64,000 bases of DNA from the human T2T-CHM13v2.0 reference genome, Homo sapiens (GCF_009914755.1 NC_060929.1), one strand, 5' to 3'; positions 26,473 through 42,214 are shown, counted from the stretch's first letter. A program made the numbers and translations. Notes: generated from the sequence alone by a model not told the origin.

Positions 26473-28599
26473 ACAGGTATATAGACAAATGGAACAGAAT
26501 AGAGAACCCAGAAATCAGACTGCACACCTAGAACTATTTGATCTTCAAAAACTTAACCAAAAGAGCAATGAGGCAAGAACATCCAATCTAATAAGTGGTG
26601 CTGGGCTAACCAGCTAAACATATGCAAAAGACTGAATCTAGAACCCTTCCTTATACCATACACCAAAATTAAATCAAGATGAATTAAAAACTTAAAGGCA
26701 AAACCCAAAACTATAAAAATCCTGGAAAACAACCTAGGTAATACTATTTAGGACATAAGCACAGTCAAATATTTCATGATGAAGATACCAAAAACAATTG
26801 CAACGAAAGCAAACATTGACAAATGGAATCTAATTAAACTAAAGAGCTTCCTTCCATACACCAAAAGAAACTATCAACAGAGTAAACACAACCTACAGAA
26901 TGGGAGAACATTTTTGCAAACTATACATCTGACAAAAGTCTAATATACAGCATCTATAAGGAACTTAAACAAATATACAAGAAAAAAACAACCCCATAAA
27001 AATGTGGGCGAACACCATGAACAAACACTTTTGAAAAGAAGATATACATGTGTCCAATGAGCATAAGCAAAAAAAGCTCAACTCACTGATCATTAGAGAA
27101 ATGTAAATTACAACCAAATGAAGCACCATTTAACAACAGTCAGAATTGCTATTATTAAAACGTAAAAAAACAGCAGACGCTGATGCGATTGTGCAGAAAA
27201 TGGAATGCTTATACATTGTTGGTGGAAGTGTAAATTAGTTCAGCCATTATGGAAGAAAGTGTGGTGATTCCTCAAAGACCTAAAGGAAAAAATACCATTT
27301 GGACCAGCAATTCCATTACTGGGTATATACCCAAAGGAATATGAATCATTTTGTTATAAAGAAACATGCATTTGTATGTTCATTCCAGCAATATTCACAA
27401 TAGAAAAGACATGCAATTGACCTAAATGTCCATCAAGATAAACTGGAGAAAGAAAATGTGGTATGTATACATGATGGTATTCTATGCAGCTATTAAAAAA
27501 AAATGAGATTATGTCCTTTGCAGGGACATGGATGGAGCTGGAGGCCATTATCCTTAGCAAATGAACACAGGAACAGAAAACCAAACATATGTTCTCACTT
27601 ATAAGTGGGAGATAAATGATGAGAACATATGGACACATAGAGGGGAACAACATATAGTAGAACCTTCTGGAGGGTGGATGGGGGAGAAGGTAGAGGATCA
27701 GGAAAAACAATTAATGGGTAATAGGCTTAGTAACCTAGTGATGAAATAATCCATACGAAAACACCCATGACACAAGTTTACCTACGTAACAAACTTTAAC
27801 TGTAACCCTTAACTTAAAATAAAAGTTAAAAAATATTACAAAGGAATTAAAAGAATTTAATATATAGTTTCATAGGAACTATACAGGATGTACCATTCTT
27901 CTTAATAGCTAAATCATGCAAATAGTCAATAACAAAGATTAGAAATGTGTAAAATGTTATGTATGTATAACATTTTATAATATAAATATATAATATAAAA
28001 TATGAAAAAATAAAAAAGAAATTTATAAAATGAAATATATTACCTGTAGCACTCAAAAAGTCCTAGAAAATGGTGAATCAGTCTTAATATCATAAGTGCT
28101 GGGTGAGTCGTGAGTTGTGTCTTGATAGTATGCAGAAATAAGCTGCCTAAAAGTTGTCTAAGACTGTTCTGAATTTCTAAATTTGTATCTTGAATAACGC
28201 TTGAGTAATATGTAATATTATACTCATTTTCCAGAAGAGAAATGTTATACTTACCTTCTTTTGATTTTCTAATTCCAAAACATATTTGCTATAATAAGCA
28301 ATAAGTCTCTTCCCGAGAGGCTCAGGAAGAGCAAATAATATGTGTTCAGCCTCTGTTATATTGTGTGGAAAAACCTTTGTTTGATTGTCAGAAGTGAGGG
28401 AATGCATAAACAAAAGGATCACGACATTGTTTTCATTAACAATAGTGGACTTAATTAATAAAGGTTTATATTCACTTTTCTGAAATCTCCTTGCATAGTT
28501 ACAATTATATCTTATTTTTATTAATAGGTATTCTTAAGTCTTTATGCATTAGCTGCCCTCTTGAAACATAAATATTTATGAAATTACTATATTATGCCT

Positions 28600-29910
28600 T
28601 TGTTTCAAGCAGTTAGACTCGTGTAAATATTTTATCTCCCTCTGTCCCTCTTCCCATATCTAATTGCATCAGGAAATCCTATTAGCACTAGCTTTAAACT
28701 GTGTTCCAATGGTTGTAAATAAACAACCACCCAAACTAAAATTAAATAAATTGATAGATAAATTTATTTAAAAATTCAAAGTTAAAAACTGACTTTGCTT
28801 AATTGTCATTCAAGGAAACACACTAAGAAATTCACTAAATGGATCACTAAAGAGAAACAGCCAAGGATTTTATGTGCAGAAAGATGAAATTCATGGTAGA
28901 ATAATTAAGGGTTGAGAAGTTGTAATCCAGACGGTTTAGAATAAGTGCCAGAGCCTGTGCATAGTTGACTCAAACAAGTCCTATTGTTCATTGGCCAGGG
29001 AAGACTATTCATTTAGTTCCATTGATGATCTTGTGTATGCACTTACTAAAAATTCTTAGTCGTTATTCAGTATCATATGGTAAATTGCTCAAAGTCCATG
29101 GTTTGTTAACAACTTCAACAGATTAAAATAACATTCAATTTTGTTACTTTCCAGGCAAGTACTGCTGTATGTGGAAATTATTTCTATTAAACATATGATT
29201 GCTTCTCACTAACTACACTGGTGCTATCTTTTGTAAAACACCATTCTTTCTCATCTAGATAAATACAATAGCTTCCTAACTGACCTTCCAGCTTTCATCC
29301 TTGTTCTCTTACAAAAGTGATCATTATGAGACCTCAGTCAAATTATGCAATCTCTCTGTTTGAAGATTGAGCTTTAATTCCTCATTTGATTCAGAGCAAA
29401 AGCTAAATTTCTTATAATGGCTTAGAGTGGTCAAAATGGTCTTACCTATCACCCCATACATCTTCCCATTATCCTCCATAACTTACTTGTCCCAAGTTAC
29501 CCTGCATACCTCACTTGTGTCTGCAATACTTCTATTCTAAGGCCTTCAGACTAGCTGTTCCCATAGTTGCACTCATTTCCTGATATTTATTTGGTTCACT
29601 TCTTCACCTCATTCAAGTCCTCAATCAGGAATCATCTTTTCTGAAAGAGCTAACTTGATAACCCAATTTCAATTTGCAAATCGACCATTTTGTACCCAAT
29701 TTCCATTTTAGAAATTTGTAGAAATCGCCTTCTAACATATATACAATTTACTTATTCAGATGTCTATATACTCATTACACATTAAACATTTCCTACCTCT
29801 CTATAATAGAATTTAAACTGCACAAAAGTATAGACATAAGTTTTCTGTTTTTCACAACTAAATCTCAAGCACATATTAAGTGATTAATAAATGTCTAAGC
29901 AACCACTGAA
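28600..29910 (+). mobile_element. fragmented L2 with an unclassified insert at about 28714-29193
   Basis: caatagcttcctaactgacctt, gatt...cagagcaaaagctaaa, tcacttcttcacctcattcaagtc and a 3' end gcacata...aataaatg. Confidence 0.7.
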
Positions 29911-31559
29911 AATTGAGCAAAATAGCATATATTACGTCATAATTTATATCCCCAAATATAAATAGTATAAAATTATTCTCTACTAATAAATCAATAAACA
30001 TGAACACACATATCAAAACACCAAGGGAAACATCCTCAGTAGTAAATTGATTGAATAAAACAAATATTATTTAAATGAACAAGAAAAGAACCTGTAATAT
30101 AAACTTAATATTTATATTAACTTATTTACCCTTAGAGATACTTTTGTCCTGTTTTTATATTTAGTTTTGAAAACTGTCACTATTTATTCTATGGGGAGAA
30201 GGTTTTAGCTATACATTGATTTCCCCCTAGATATTCTGCTATTTTTGATGTGCTTTTACCTTGAACCACATCACCTATCAGATGTTAAACCTGTTTTTTG
30301 TCCAAATATTTTTAAATATTTCAGCTATTAATTTTTAGAAGTAGTGTATTATGGTTAAATAATGTAATCTCTACTATTTCTGTGTTTGATAAATATTAAG
30401 TTTTTGTGGCTTGGTGAATACTTACTTTTTGAAATAAGAATTGTATGAGCACTTGGGATGAAATAGTGATTTAATTATACTGAAATTGTAAAGTAAATTT
30501 GTAAAGGGAATAATACATTTTAAGTACAATTTTATTAATTATTCCTATTCACTACATCTTATTTGGTATGGTTGAAAAAACATGCTATTTTTGTAATCGA
30601 GATGGCAATTTTAAAATTAAGTATTATAACTTCATATTCATATGTTAGATTGATAATTATTATTATTAACCAAATATGAAAAAACATGTTGCTAATAACA
30701 AAAGGTCAACTTTAAAATGCATTCTAAGAACTGTTTCTGATTTATGGAAATATGAATAAAGAGTATTAAACTTAGCCATTATAACCTGGTAGCTTTATGC
30801 GCACCACACAAGAAATATCATAATATATTCACACTTCATTTTTATTTGTACAAATTGATTTAATACACTGAATTTAAGGTTCTTATACTTTAGATAAATA
30901 TAAGAAAATGCTTTCTTTAATTACCTCATATTCCTATATTACTCCCAAGCTGTAGTAAATTTAAAAACTTAAAGCATGCAAATAATATATATATTTAATA
31001 AGAGAGGGTATGAGCTAAGTCCCTAGAAATAAAGCTCGAGGCATAATTCTTCAACACTAATTGCCATTATGAATATAAAATTACACATTAAATAGTATTA
31101 GTAAATACAAATGGACTTATATTACATTATATACATTATCTGCAATATAAACAACAGTTACGTCTCATCTCTTCTTAAAATGAAATTATCACCATATATT
31201 ACAGTCATTTGCAATGGCACCCTTATAAATATTGTTAGTATAATTATATTTTACTCGAAATTAGCCCACAGCCTGATTAAGTCCATATTGCTTATATCTT
31301 TCTAAAGCTAGTAATGCATTATTCCCTCCTCCAAGGTGTACAGTGAAGTGTATTTCTACTTTATAAGCTCTGTTACCTTCACGGAATAGTCATAGGGAGT
31401 GAATATTATCTACCCAGTAGATGAAAACATTTATTGCTAGAAACACCTTCATTTACTTAACCAAATTAAATGTATCATATCGTATTTATGGTTCAACACT
31501 AAGGGGTCAGAATGGGAAAGATCAATTAAATGATTATCTACCAATTAAAGTTCAATGAT

Positions 31560-31720
31560 ATTATTATTATTATTGTTATTATAAAGGCACATTTACTGAG
31601 AACTTACCAGGCATTTTGTAAACCACTTTATGTGCAATATTTTGTAGCTGATTAGTGGAATTTGAATTATATTCTGTCTGAAACTTGGCCTATGTGGCTT
31701 TAAGATATTACTTTCCTTTT
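31560..31720 (-). mobile_element. MIR fragment
   Basis: acatttactgagaacttaccaggcat...ggaatttgaatt...tctgtctga. Confidence 0.5.
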
Positions 31721-33399
31721 CTACAGGACACCAAATTGACAAGGAGTTTGCTTTTCAAGAGAAGACTACCATTTATAATTTGAATGGGCATTAAATGTAA
31801 GCAGAATGTGTTAAGGAGAAAATCAATTAAAAAGGATTACATTTTACATGAGGCAAAAATCACATATAATATAAGTTGCCATTGAATATGTGATAAGAAA
31901 AATGCCATATTAATAAAAAATTCCTATCCATCCAGCTTTTCTTCAGTTTTCAACTAAAGTGCTGTATGTATGTAAATGATTGTGTGTGTGTTTGAGAAAA
32001 AGGTGATTTTGTGTTAGATGGTCATATTAAATGGGAGAAAAAATTAAACAATAAATTCACACTACCATATACAGCATGTTTTATCCAGAAATAAATATCC
32101 CCAGAGCTAAGACTGGCTGAGGAAACTACTGATTTGTGCTTTATTTCACATCTACTCTCACTCAACTTTCATTACAATCTCATACAAACCTTCATTAAAA
32201 GGAATTACATGCATACTCTTATGCCATAGTATGCTTGGCCATTTTCTCCTCCATTTCCCTTCATCGTTTCAGAATAGCATTTGCATCAACTAAAAACATG
32301 TTGAGAAATAGTATCAGGGTTTAATCTGTTAACTTTTAGCTTTCAAACGTATGTGATACCTCTAATAGTGTATTACTCACACTCCTAAGTGTATAGAGAC
32401 TTAATTCATTTAGAAGAAATCAATCTGCGATTTGGGAAAATGGGAAAATAAAGGAGAGGATTAGTACATCAATGATAGGATCTGAAGGGAAATTACACCA
32501 AGGGACAAGGTAATTAGTATTGTTATTTTGCTAAAGTGTCTCAGTGCTAGAATTCCACCAGTGGGGAAGGAAAATGAATTTACTGAGTTCTCATGGGGGA
32601 ATTTTTGAAATAATAGATAGATTGGAATATCTACTTATAAGCAATAATATCAGAAAAAGTAACAGGTGGAGAAAACTAGAATAAAAACCTAGTTGGTTAA
32701 TTTCAAGATTTCTAAAAACTTCCCAGATAATCATCTATTTAGTTATTAAAACATATGGAAACAAATTTTTTTTTGAGACATTACACAAGAGCTGTGTCAT
32801 ATTCAACCAAGTCACTAAGTTCAGCCAAAATTCAGGAGGATGCAAGTAACCTCCATCTGTCACTGAAGGGATTAGGAACTGTTCTATAAAGTATCCTTAG
32901 CATGTCTCCTTGTTGTTATGAAGTGTAGGTGCTTCGGTTCACAGCCCCTGGTGAACACTGCATTCCAGACTTTCTAACCACCATCCCACATCCTGGGCAT
33001 TTCAGGCCAGTGCAACCACTACTAAGATATTGCAATTAAAATGACATTTCCCTCCTTTCCTGACCATTTGGAAATGGGCTGTTTAGATGAGTACTTTGTT
33101 CTGGAAAGGGCCTGTATTCATTCGTCTTCACTGAAAGTGAGACAATAAAGGGGACACTGTTATCTGAATAAGTCACCTTTCCAACATCCTTTATTTATAA
33201 AAAGATAGACCAAAAATGCCCAAAGAAAGAAAACACAGCCACCTGTCCGTTGTACTCTGCAGAGTAAAGTGATATATACTGTTTATAATAAACCACTCTC
33301 TCTGACTCATACCTGTGCTTATTTATCTACTCACACATTTCTTTGCAAAGAAATATGCAAAATATGAATCATATTTCACAAAACTGTTACACATTATCT

Positions 33400-33980
33400 T
33401 ACGTAAATAGATCACACTATTCAGATTTGTTTGTACTTTGCCTTATCTCCCTAAAATTTGTTAGATATTTTTAGGTTAATAAACATAAACTACCTTGTAC
33501 TTTTTTAATGGTTGCCTAGCATTTAATTGTGTGGCTATTACATGGTTTATGTAATCATTCCTCTTCCAAATAATACATAAGCTTTTTGCACAGATTTGCT
33601 GTTATTAAAAAATGATGCAACTATACTTGTACATATATCTTGAGCTGTATTCTAAGTAAAATAAATATTCATAAGGGGAGTTACTGAACATTAGGAAATA
33701 TACATTAAATATTTTGAATGGTACTAGTAAGTTACATTTTTAAAGTTTTGATCTATTTATACTCACCTTAGCAATGAAATATATTTCTAATCCTGCCTGT
33801 AATGTCTTCTCAGAAATGAATTCTAATTATGGGTTAGAATTTTGCTGATATTTCACCTTAAAAATTTTTCTGTACACATTAATCTATATTTTTAATGTTT
33901 AAGATGGTTAAGATTAATTCCAAATATGTATTGACCACCACTTGTCTATCTTCTTTGATAAATTGCCTCCTGTTTACTTT
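33400..33980 (-). mobile_element. L1ME 3' fragment
   Basis: tttttaatggttgcctagcatt...tttgctgttatt...cttgtacatatatctt, antisense old L1. Confidence 0.6.
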
Positions 33981-34189
33981 TAGCTTGATCCTGCTATAGT
34001 ATATAAGACATTGTTATTAGATATTTATTTGCTCCTGAATAAAGACAATAATTCAAGAATGAATAGATTGATTTGGACACTCAGGGAGACAGTGACTGTA
34101 ACTCTAAGCCAACAATCTACATCAATTATTAGGTCTCTCACTGTCTTGTGGTATACTCAACCTCCAACCAAATGTTAGCAACTGTGCAA

Positions 34190-34700
34190 AGAACAAGAAT
34201 CAGCCTGGAGAATTAAGCAGGGTTCAGAACGAACAGTACCATTGTAAGGTATACTAAATCATAGTAGATATTTTGGCTATATTATGTGAACAATTAAAAT
34301 ATACTAAGAAATAATATGTCATAAATAGGTGATCAATTTCAAAGATTCTTATATGTTTAAAAATGGAGAATGATTTGCATATGTTAGTATAGAAAATACA
34401 CTGGCCAAAATGAAAATTTTGATATGTTCAAACAAATTAGGCACATGGCCTGGAGTATGCTGGATGCAATGGAGGCTGACAGAATTGGACTGAGTGTGGA
34501 ATGACTTTCAGAAAATTGATCAGAGGATTTCGACTGAATGTGGGGTGTTAGAGAAATAATTAAGAATGATATGAGATTTTATGATTACATAAAGGTGTCA
34601 TTTACTGAACAGGAAAAATATACAGAAGAGAATATGACACACGTTAAATGAGCTTACATTTGGCTTATACTGATGTGAGGTATGTTTGCACATTACTTTC
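34190..34700 (-). mobile_element. L2 fragment
   Basis: Purine-rich antisense L2 (gactgaatgtggggtg...aagaatgat...ggtgtcatttactga). Confidence 0.5.
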
Positions 34701-36531
34701 TTATTCTTTGGGAAAAATTTAAAATACATCAATACAGAATGTTTCTTATCTTTACAGAATTATTGATGGTGGATCAATTTCTAATAACAAGACATTAGAC
34801 AATCTCATTTGTTTATTTAGGTATAGTTACAAACTAGATTAGAAGGCTAAAATTGAGTTTAAAAATGGTAGGTATTTTTCATTAAACATACGATATTATC
34901 TGTTTTATAAAGTCACTGTCCAACTGACTTTCTTAGATGTTTGAAAAAAGAGGACACAATAGTGAAAGCCTACAGAATTCCAAGTAAATTATTATCTTTA
35001 CAAAAGCAATCAAAAGTTTGATATTTTTTAATGAAGTTTTTCTTCCTTGCATTTTTTTTACAATTCAAATGACTATACTTACTTTGTTAAATCAACTATC
35101 TTTCAACAAGGTGTTATGAATATCATCAAAGTGATTTTCTTCTATAATTTTATTACATACACAAAGCTTACATTATCATTTAGTCACTAACCAATGTTGT
35201 AACAGAGAAGGCGACACATAACATGTCTTAATAACTAAAAAAAATGGTAAGTCTTCTTGAAATATTTCAAAGACAAAGAAGGAAGGAAGGATAAAAAGGA
35301 AGAAGAGAAAGAAAGAGATAGAGTGAGAGAGCAAAGACAATTGTTCTTTGATATTTCCTTAACAGAACTGTGCTTCATTCTAACTTCTGTTGAACATAAG
35401 CTTTACATCCCAGGGTGCAGTTAAATATTTCACAAAGAGGAATATAAGAAAGATCAAGAAGGTTCTTTCTGAAATTAAAATGAAATAGATCAATGAGAAG
35501 TGTTTCTTCTTGCAAATCCCTTGCTTTATAGTTCATCATTTCATTTTGCTGTAAAATTACAGTAGCCTTTGAGAATTTGATGCCATTTATGCTTAGTCTC
35601 TCATTTACCCTTGATTTTTTAAATACCATTAATCCTATTTTCCACTGCTTCTACCCTGCACATTTTAATATTTTTACTCTTAAATAAGATTTTCTTTAAA
35701 TGAAATTATAGATGTGTAATTTTTGTTTGCCAATATCTTTCAGTTTTCTTTTCTTTCATATGTGCTGATAAGCTTTGGTTCATAGTTATTTAAATAATGA
35801 GTTCTTTAACGTTTGTTCAAATCACCTATGGAGGCATTAAAGAACCACTTTACTAATAATTATTTATGTTGTTTTTCTACCGAATCATTTTCGGAACAAT
35901 CTTGGACTGAAGGGATTCAATGAGATCATGATGGGTTTCATTCTTAATACATTGTAACATTACTATATTAACCTTTTAGTTTATACCTTTTTAATAGGTT
36001 GTGACCTCACTGGTGTAACGTGACAAACAGAGCTGCCCAAAAATGACCATGGGAATATATCTGTCTTGCCTGGACAATAAACCAGCTGGCACTGGGAGCA
36101 CTTCAGTCCTCCCAGGAAAAAAAAAAAAAAAGACTGCCCCCAAATTCAATTGCTCACATGGTTGTGGCTTCTTCTCCTCGTTGTGAGGTATGGCACCATA
36201 ATAACGTCTCCCAGCCTCCAGGGTCCACAGAAGTAGGGCAGCTGTCATCTAAATCAAGACCTAAGTTACCTCATTAGTAAATTTGTCCATACTGACAAAG
36301 TTTGTCTTCTTTTGAACTATGAAAATGAAAAGGAACAGGAGACTGTGTTCCCTTTTCTGGAAGGTAAACCCATGCTGTTTGTCCAGTAGAGTACTTTGGC
36401 CCTAGCTTATGGCTTTCTGATTATGAGAGCCTAAGACCCAAGTCTTCACTTTTTTGCTGATTCCTGACTTGTAGTGTTCTTCAATAAAGACTTTTTTTCT
36501 TAATGTATAATGTGAAATTGGTCAAGAACCC

Positions 36532-38730
36532 TGTATTAGTTCATTTTCACACTGCTGATAAAGATATACCTGAGGCTGGGCTATTTACAAAAGAAAGAGG
36601 TTTAATTGGACTTACAGTTCCACGTGGCTGGGGAAGGTCTCACAATCATGGCAGGGGGTGAAAGGCACTTCTTATATGGCAGCAGCAAGAAAGAATGAGC
36701 ATGACACAAAAGTGGAAACCCCCGATAAACCCATCAGTTCTCGTGAGACTTATTCACTATCAAGAGAATAGCATGAGAAAGACCAACCCCCTTTATTCAA
36801 TTGCCTCCCACTGGGTCCCTCGCACAACATGTGGGAATTCTGGGAGATACAATTCAAGTTGATATTTGGGTGGGATCACTGCCAAACCATATCATTCCAC
36901 CCCCAGCCCCTCCCAAATCTCATGTCCTCACATTTCAAAACCAATTATGCCTTCCCAACAATGCCCCAAAGTCTTAAGTCATTTCAGCATTAACTCAAAA
37001 GTCCACAGTTTAATGTCTCATCTGAGACAAAGCAAGTCCCTTTCACCTACGAGCCTGTAAAATCAACAGGAAGTTAGTTACTTCCTAGATACAATGGGGG
37101 TACAGGCATTGGGAAAATTCAGCCATTCCAAATAGCCAAAATGAAGGGGCTATAGGCCCCATGCAAGTCCAAAACCCAGCAGGGCAGTCAAATCTTAAAG
37201 TTCCAAAATGATGTTTTTTGAGTCCATGTCTCTCATCCTAGTCACACTGATGCAAGAGGTGGGTTCCCATGGTCTTGGGCAACTCCACCCCTATGGCTTT
37301 GCAGGGTACAGCCTCCCTCCCAGTTGATTTCACGGGCTGTCATTGAGTGTCTGTGGCTTTTCCAGGCACATGTTGAAAGCTGTCAGTGGATCTACCATTC
37401 TTGGGTCTGGAGGACGGTGGCCCTCTTCTCACAGCTCTACTAGGCAGTGCCCCAGTAGGGACTCTGTGTGGGGGCTCCAACCCCGCATTTCCCTTCCACA
37501 CTGCCCTAGCAGAGGTTCTCCATAAGGACCCCAGCCCTACAGCAAACTTCTGCCTGGGCATCTGGGTGTTTCCATATATCTTCTGAAATCTAGGTGGAGA
37601 TTCCTAAACCTCAATACTTGACTTCTGTGCACCCATAGGCTCAACACAATGTGGAAGCTTCCAAGGCTGGGGCTTGCACCCTCTGAAGCCATGGCCTGAG
37701 CTGTAACTTGGTCCCTTTTAATCATGGCTGGAGTGGGTGGGATGCAGGACACCAAATCCCTAGGCTGCACACAGCTCTGGAATCCTGGGCCCAGCCCACA
37801 AAACCACTTTTTTCACCTGGGCCTCTGGGCCTGTATGAGAAGGGCTGCTTGGAAGACCTCTGATATACCCTGGAGACATTTTCTACATTGTATTGGGAAT
37901 TAACATTTGGCTCCTCATTACTTATGAAAATTTCTGCAGCCCACTTAAATTTCATATTGTCAAGCTGCAAATTTTCCAAACTTTTATCCTCTGCTTCCCT
38001 TATAAAATTGAATGCTTTCAACAGCATCCAAGTCACATGTTGAATGCTTTGCTGCTTAGAAATTTCTTCCACCAGATACCCTAAATAATCTCTCTCAAGG
38101 TCAAAGTTCCACAAATCTCTAGGGTAGGGGAAAATGCCACCAGTCTCTTTGCTAAAATATAACAAGAATCACCTCTGTTCCAGTTACCAACCAGCTCCTC
38201 ATTTCCATCTGAGACCACCTCAGCCTGGACTTTATTGTCCATACTGCTATCAGCATTTTGGGCAAAGTCATTCAACAAGTCTCTAGGAAGTTCCAAACTT
38301 TCCTACATTTTCCTGTCTTTTTTGGAGCTCTCCAAACTGTTCCAACCTCTGTCTGTTACCCAGTTCCAAAGCTGCTTCCACATTTTTGGGTATCTTTTCA
38401 GTAATGTCCCACTCTACTGGAATCAATTTATGGTATTAGTCCGTTTTCACACCGCTGATAAAGACATACCAGAGACTGAGCGATTTACAAAAGAAAGAGG
38501 TTTAATTGAACTTACAGTTCCTCATGAAGAATGAGGAGGAAGCAAAAGTGGAAACCCCTGATAAACCCATGAGATCTCATGAGACTTACTCACTGTCGCA
38601 AGAATAGTGTGAGACAGACCAGTACCCATGATTCATTGACCTCCCATTGGGTCCCTCCTACAACACGTAGGAATTCTGGGAGATACAATTCAAGTGGAAA
38701 TTTGGGTGAGTACACCACCAAACCACATCA
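36532..38730 (-). mobile_element. complete THE1A MaLR: LTR 36532-36894, internal region 36895-38431, LTR 38432-38730
   Basis: Two related LTRs (tattagt...ccaaaccatatca / ccaaaccacatca) around THE1-int sequence; perfect 5-bp TSD aaccc (36527-36531, 38731-38735); THE1A-type gaattctgggagatacaattcaag. Confidence 0.96.
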
Positions 38731-39049
38731 AACCCCCATTGCCTATTGGTGGCAATTGCAAAGAGACCTATCTTGTGGGATCCTTGCTCAGCCTAATTTC
38801 AATGTCACTTTTTAAAAAATTAAAATAAATAAATATCAAGTGTATTTGTTTCTTGCTCTGCTTATTGTAATCCTCTGGCAAAATTCCAATTCTAGTTAGA
38901 TCCTTAGGGTTGTCTCTCACTACAGGGTCTAACTGGTGAAAAACACAACCAGAATAACTAGTGTAACTTTAATGATAATTTATCTCAAGTGAGTCCTTAA
39001 TTATATTTTTAAACTATTACCTCACCTTGAAACATGATAACTGTGTCTT

Positions 39050-39300
39050 CATATTCAGGTCCAACTAATTCCCTTTCCTTTTATTTCACTGAGTTAACTG
39101 CAGTGTCAGAAGAGAACTTTCACAGCTTCCCACCATCACATCCATTAAATGAGCTGCATCACTGTCCATAAACTGTGTCTTTCCTCCTCTTAGTAGGGAT
39201 ACATAGCATGTGCCCATCTAGGGCTCACCATCCTAAATATAGCTTACAACTTCTTTTATTGATTTCATTCTTTCTTTGGTTTTAAGTGTTTTTTCCAGGC
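39050..39300 (+). mobile_element. L2 internal fragment
   Basis: gcagtgtcagaagagaactttcacagcttcccacca...tctttcctcctctt, L2-like. Confidence 0.5.
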
Positions 39301-39388
39301 TGAATGCTCCCTTTTGTTTCTATCTGAGAACCTTGCACTGAACATCTTAGTGTTCTCCCAAGGATATATAACCAGTATTTCAAACCAT

Positions 39389-40546
<1,158 letters not shown>

Positions 40547-40890
40547 TATCTGCCTTTGTTGTGTCCTTTGCTTGGAACGTTCTTCATTAAATACCCACAT
40601 GGACCTCTCCTCATTATTTTAAGGCCTCTCTCAAGTGTCATATTCTTAATGAGGTGCTTGACCTCTCTATTGAAAATTACACCCTCCAGGCTTTCTATTT
40701 CTACATTTCTTCCTTTCAATTTCTCTATAGCACTTACCATCATACAGGATAATATACAGTTCCTTTATCTCTCTTTTTTTGTCTCCATTTAGTTTACTCT
40801 CTAGTCTGTAATTATTTATCTACCTATCCTTAGTTATTTTCTTAGAACACTGCCTGGTACACAAGGAAGGTTCTCAATCATTTTTTGTTT
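40547..40890 (+). mobile_element. L2 3' end
   Basis: tgcttggaacg...tcaagtgtca...ctatagcacttaccat...tagaacactgcctggtacac...ctcaat. Confidence 0.75.
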
Positions 40891-42106
40891 ATTTTAATGT
40901 TACTATTGGTTTAACAGGATAATTCAGCATTACTTTCAGTAGCTGATGCAAACATCAGCAAGCAGCAAAGCTATAAATTTTATAATTATCATGTATCATA
41001 ATCATTTCACCTAGTTTTCACATTTTTAGGAATAGGATTACAACACATGAAAATATATTACTGGAAAATCTCTTTTTCAAAAAAACATGACTATCAGTAA
41101 TAACATTGTACCTAAATAAAATAAAACGTTCAAGCACATACAAAACTTATTTATTGTTCAGATTTTTAGGCTAGTGGAAACCAAGATTTCATCAAACTAC
41201 TATGAAAATATGGAAAATAAAATATATACTTGGTAACCAAACAATATATATATATTTAATATATATTTATTTACTTTATATTTAATTTATAGATCTATTT
41301 ACTGATACCAATTTTGTGAGTAATGTCAAATTAAAATCCAGTTATTAAAAAAATCTCAACTAATTGATTAGATCACTCCTTCATTCAACCAGATTTTGTT
41401 GATTGCAACCATGCCATACTTTGCTAAACGCAACATTGACACAAAACTCAATAAAACATAGATACTTTTTTTGGGAATTTTAAAGTTGTCAGCTATTTGA
41501 GAGACATATATTAAGTTGGAGTTATCACCTGATGTAAGTAGACAGGAAGAAGCTTGGCAAGACAGTATTAAACTTGGTGAATTTGACACAGTCTAGGTTC
41601 AAAACTTCTGCCTTGGAAAGAGAATACATGCTTATCTCAGTGCCTTAGAGTTCATTGAATATGAGAATCAGGTTTGTATTAAATATGTCACTAGAGATGA
41701 ATTATGTAGTATAGACCTCACATTTATTATTTGAAGTATATATGTCTGATGAATGGAAATTTGCAGTGACTTTAACAGCATAATATCTTCTAGAAAGCAA
41801 GTTATCTGATAGAATAACAACAAAAATCCTTAACTTGCTGTCTGGATAATTCTATTAACAACAATAGTAACAATAAAGAGATAATTGTCCATCTGTCACA
41901 TTTACTATATATTGCCAAGAAATACAATGAACATAAAGAGAAAAAAAAATCAGTTATCTTTGATGCAAAGATACAAGGTTTCAACGTGAAAACAAGAATT
42001 TAGCTTCACACTGAATTTTATAACAAATAAATTATGTCACCAAAATGGTGTAAAAAAATCACGAATATTTTGTGTTTGGATCCTATTTGTGTATTGGATC
42101 AATAGG

Positions 42107-42212
42107 ATTTTTTTTTCAGGCAGGTACTCTCTATATTGCCCAGGATGGTGCTGAATTCCTGGCCTCAGCCTACCAAGTACCAAGGATTACAGGAATAAGC
42201 CATGATGCCTGA
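42107..42212 (-). mobile_element. degenerate Alu monomer fragment
   Basis: T tract, tattgcccaggatgg...cctggcctcagcct...ggattacagg. Confidence 0.75.
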
Positions 42213-42214
42213 CA

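Larger units (their letters stand above)
21975..27835 (+). mobile_element. near full-length L1PA13/15-like element (partial 5' UTR, broken ORF1 about 22385-23340, broken ORF2 about 23420-27500, 3' UTR)
   Basis: ORF fragments [11 protein letters not shown]...SDHSTIKL (endonuclease) and [11 protein letters not shown] (RT). 3' UTR ggatcaggaaaaacaattaatggg...ccatgacacaagtttaccta...aacttaaaataaaagtt. Confidence 0.95.

Noticed and set aside
23420-27500. Potentially active L1 ORF2
   Set aside because: Many stops, frameshifts and deletions, plus a THE1 LTR inserted in the RT region.
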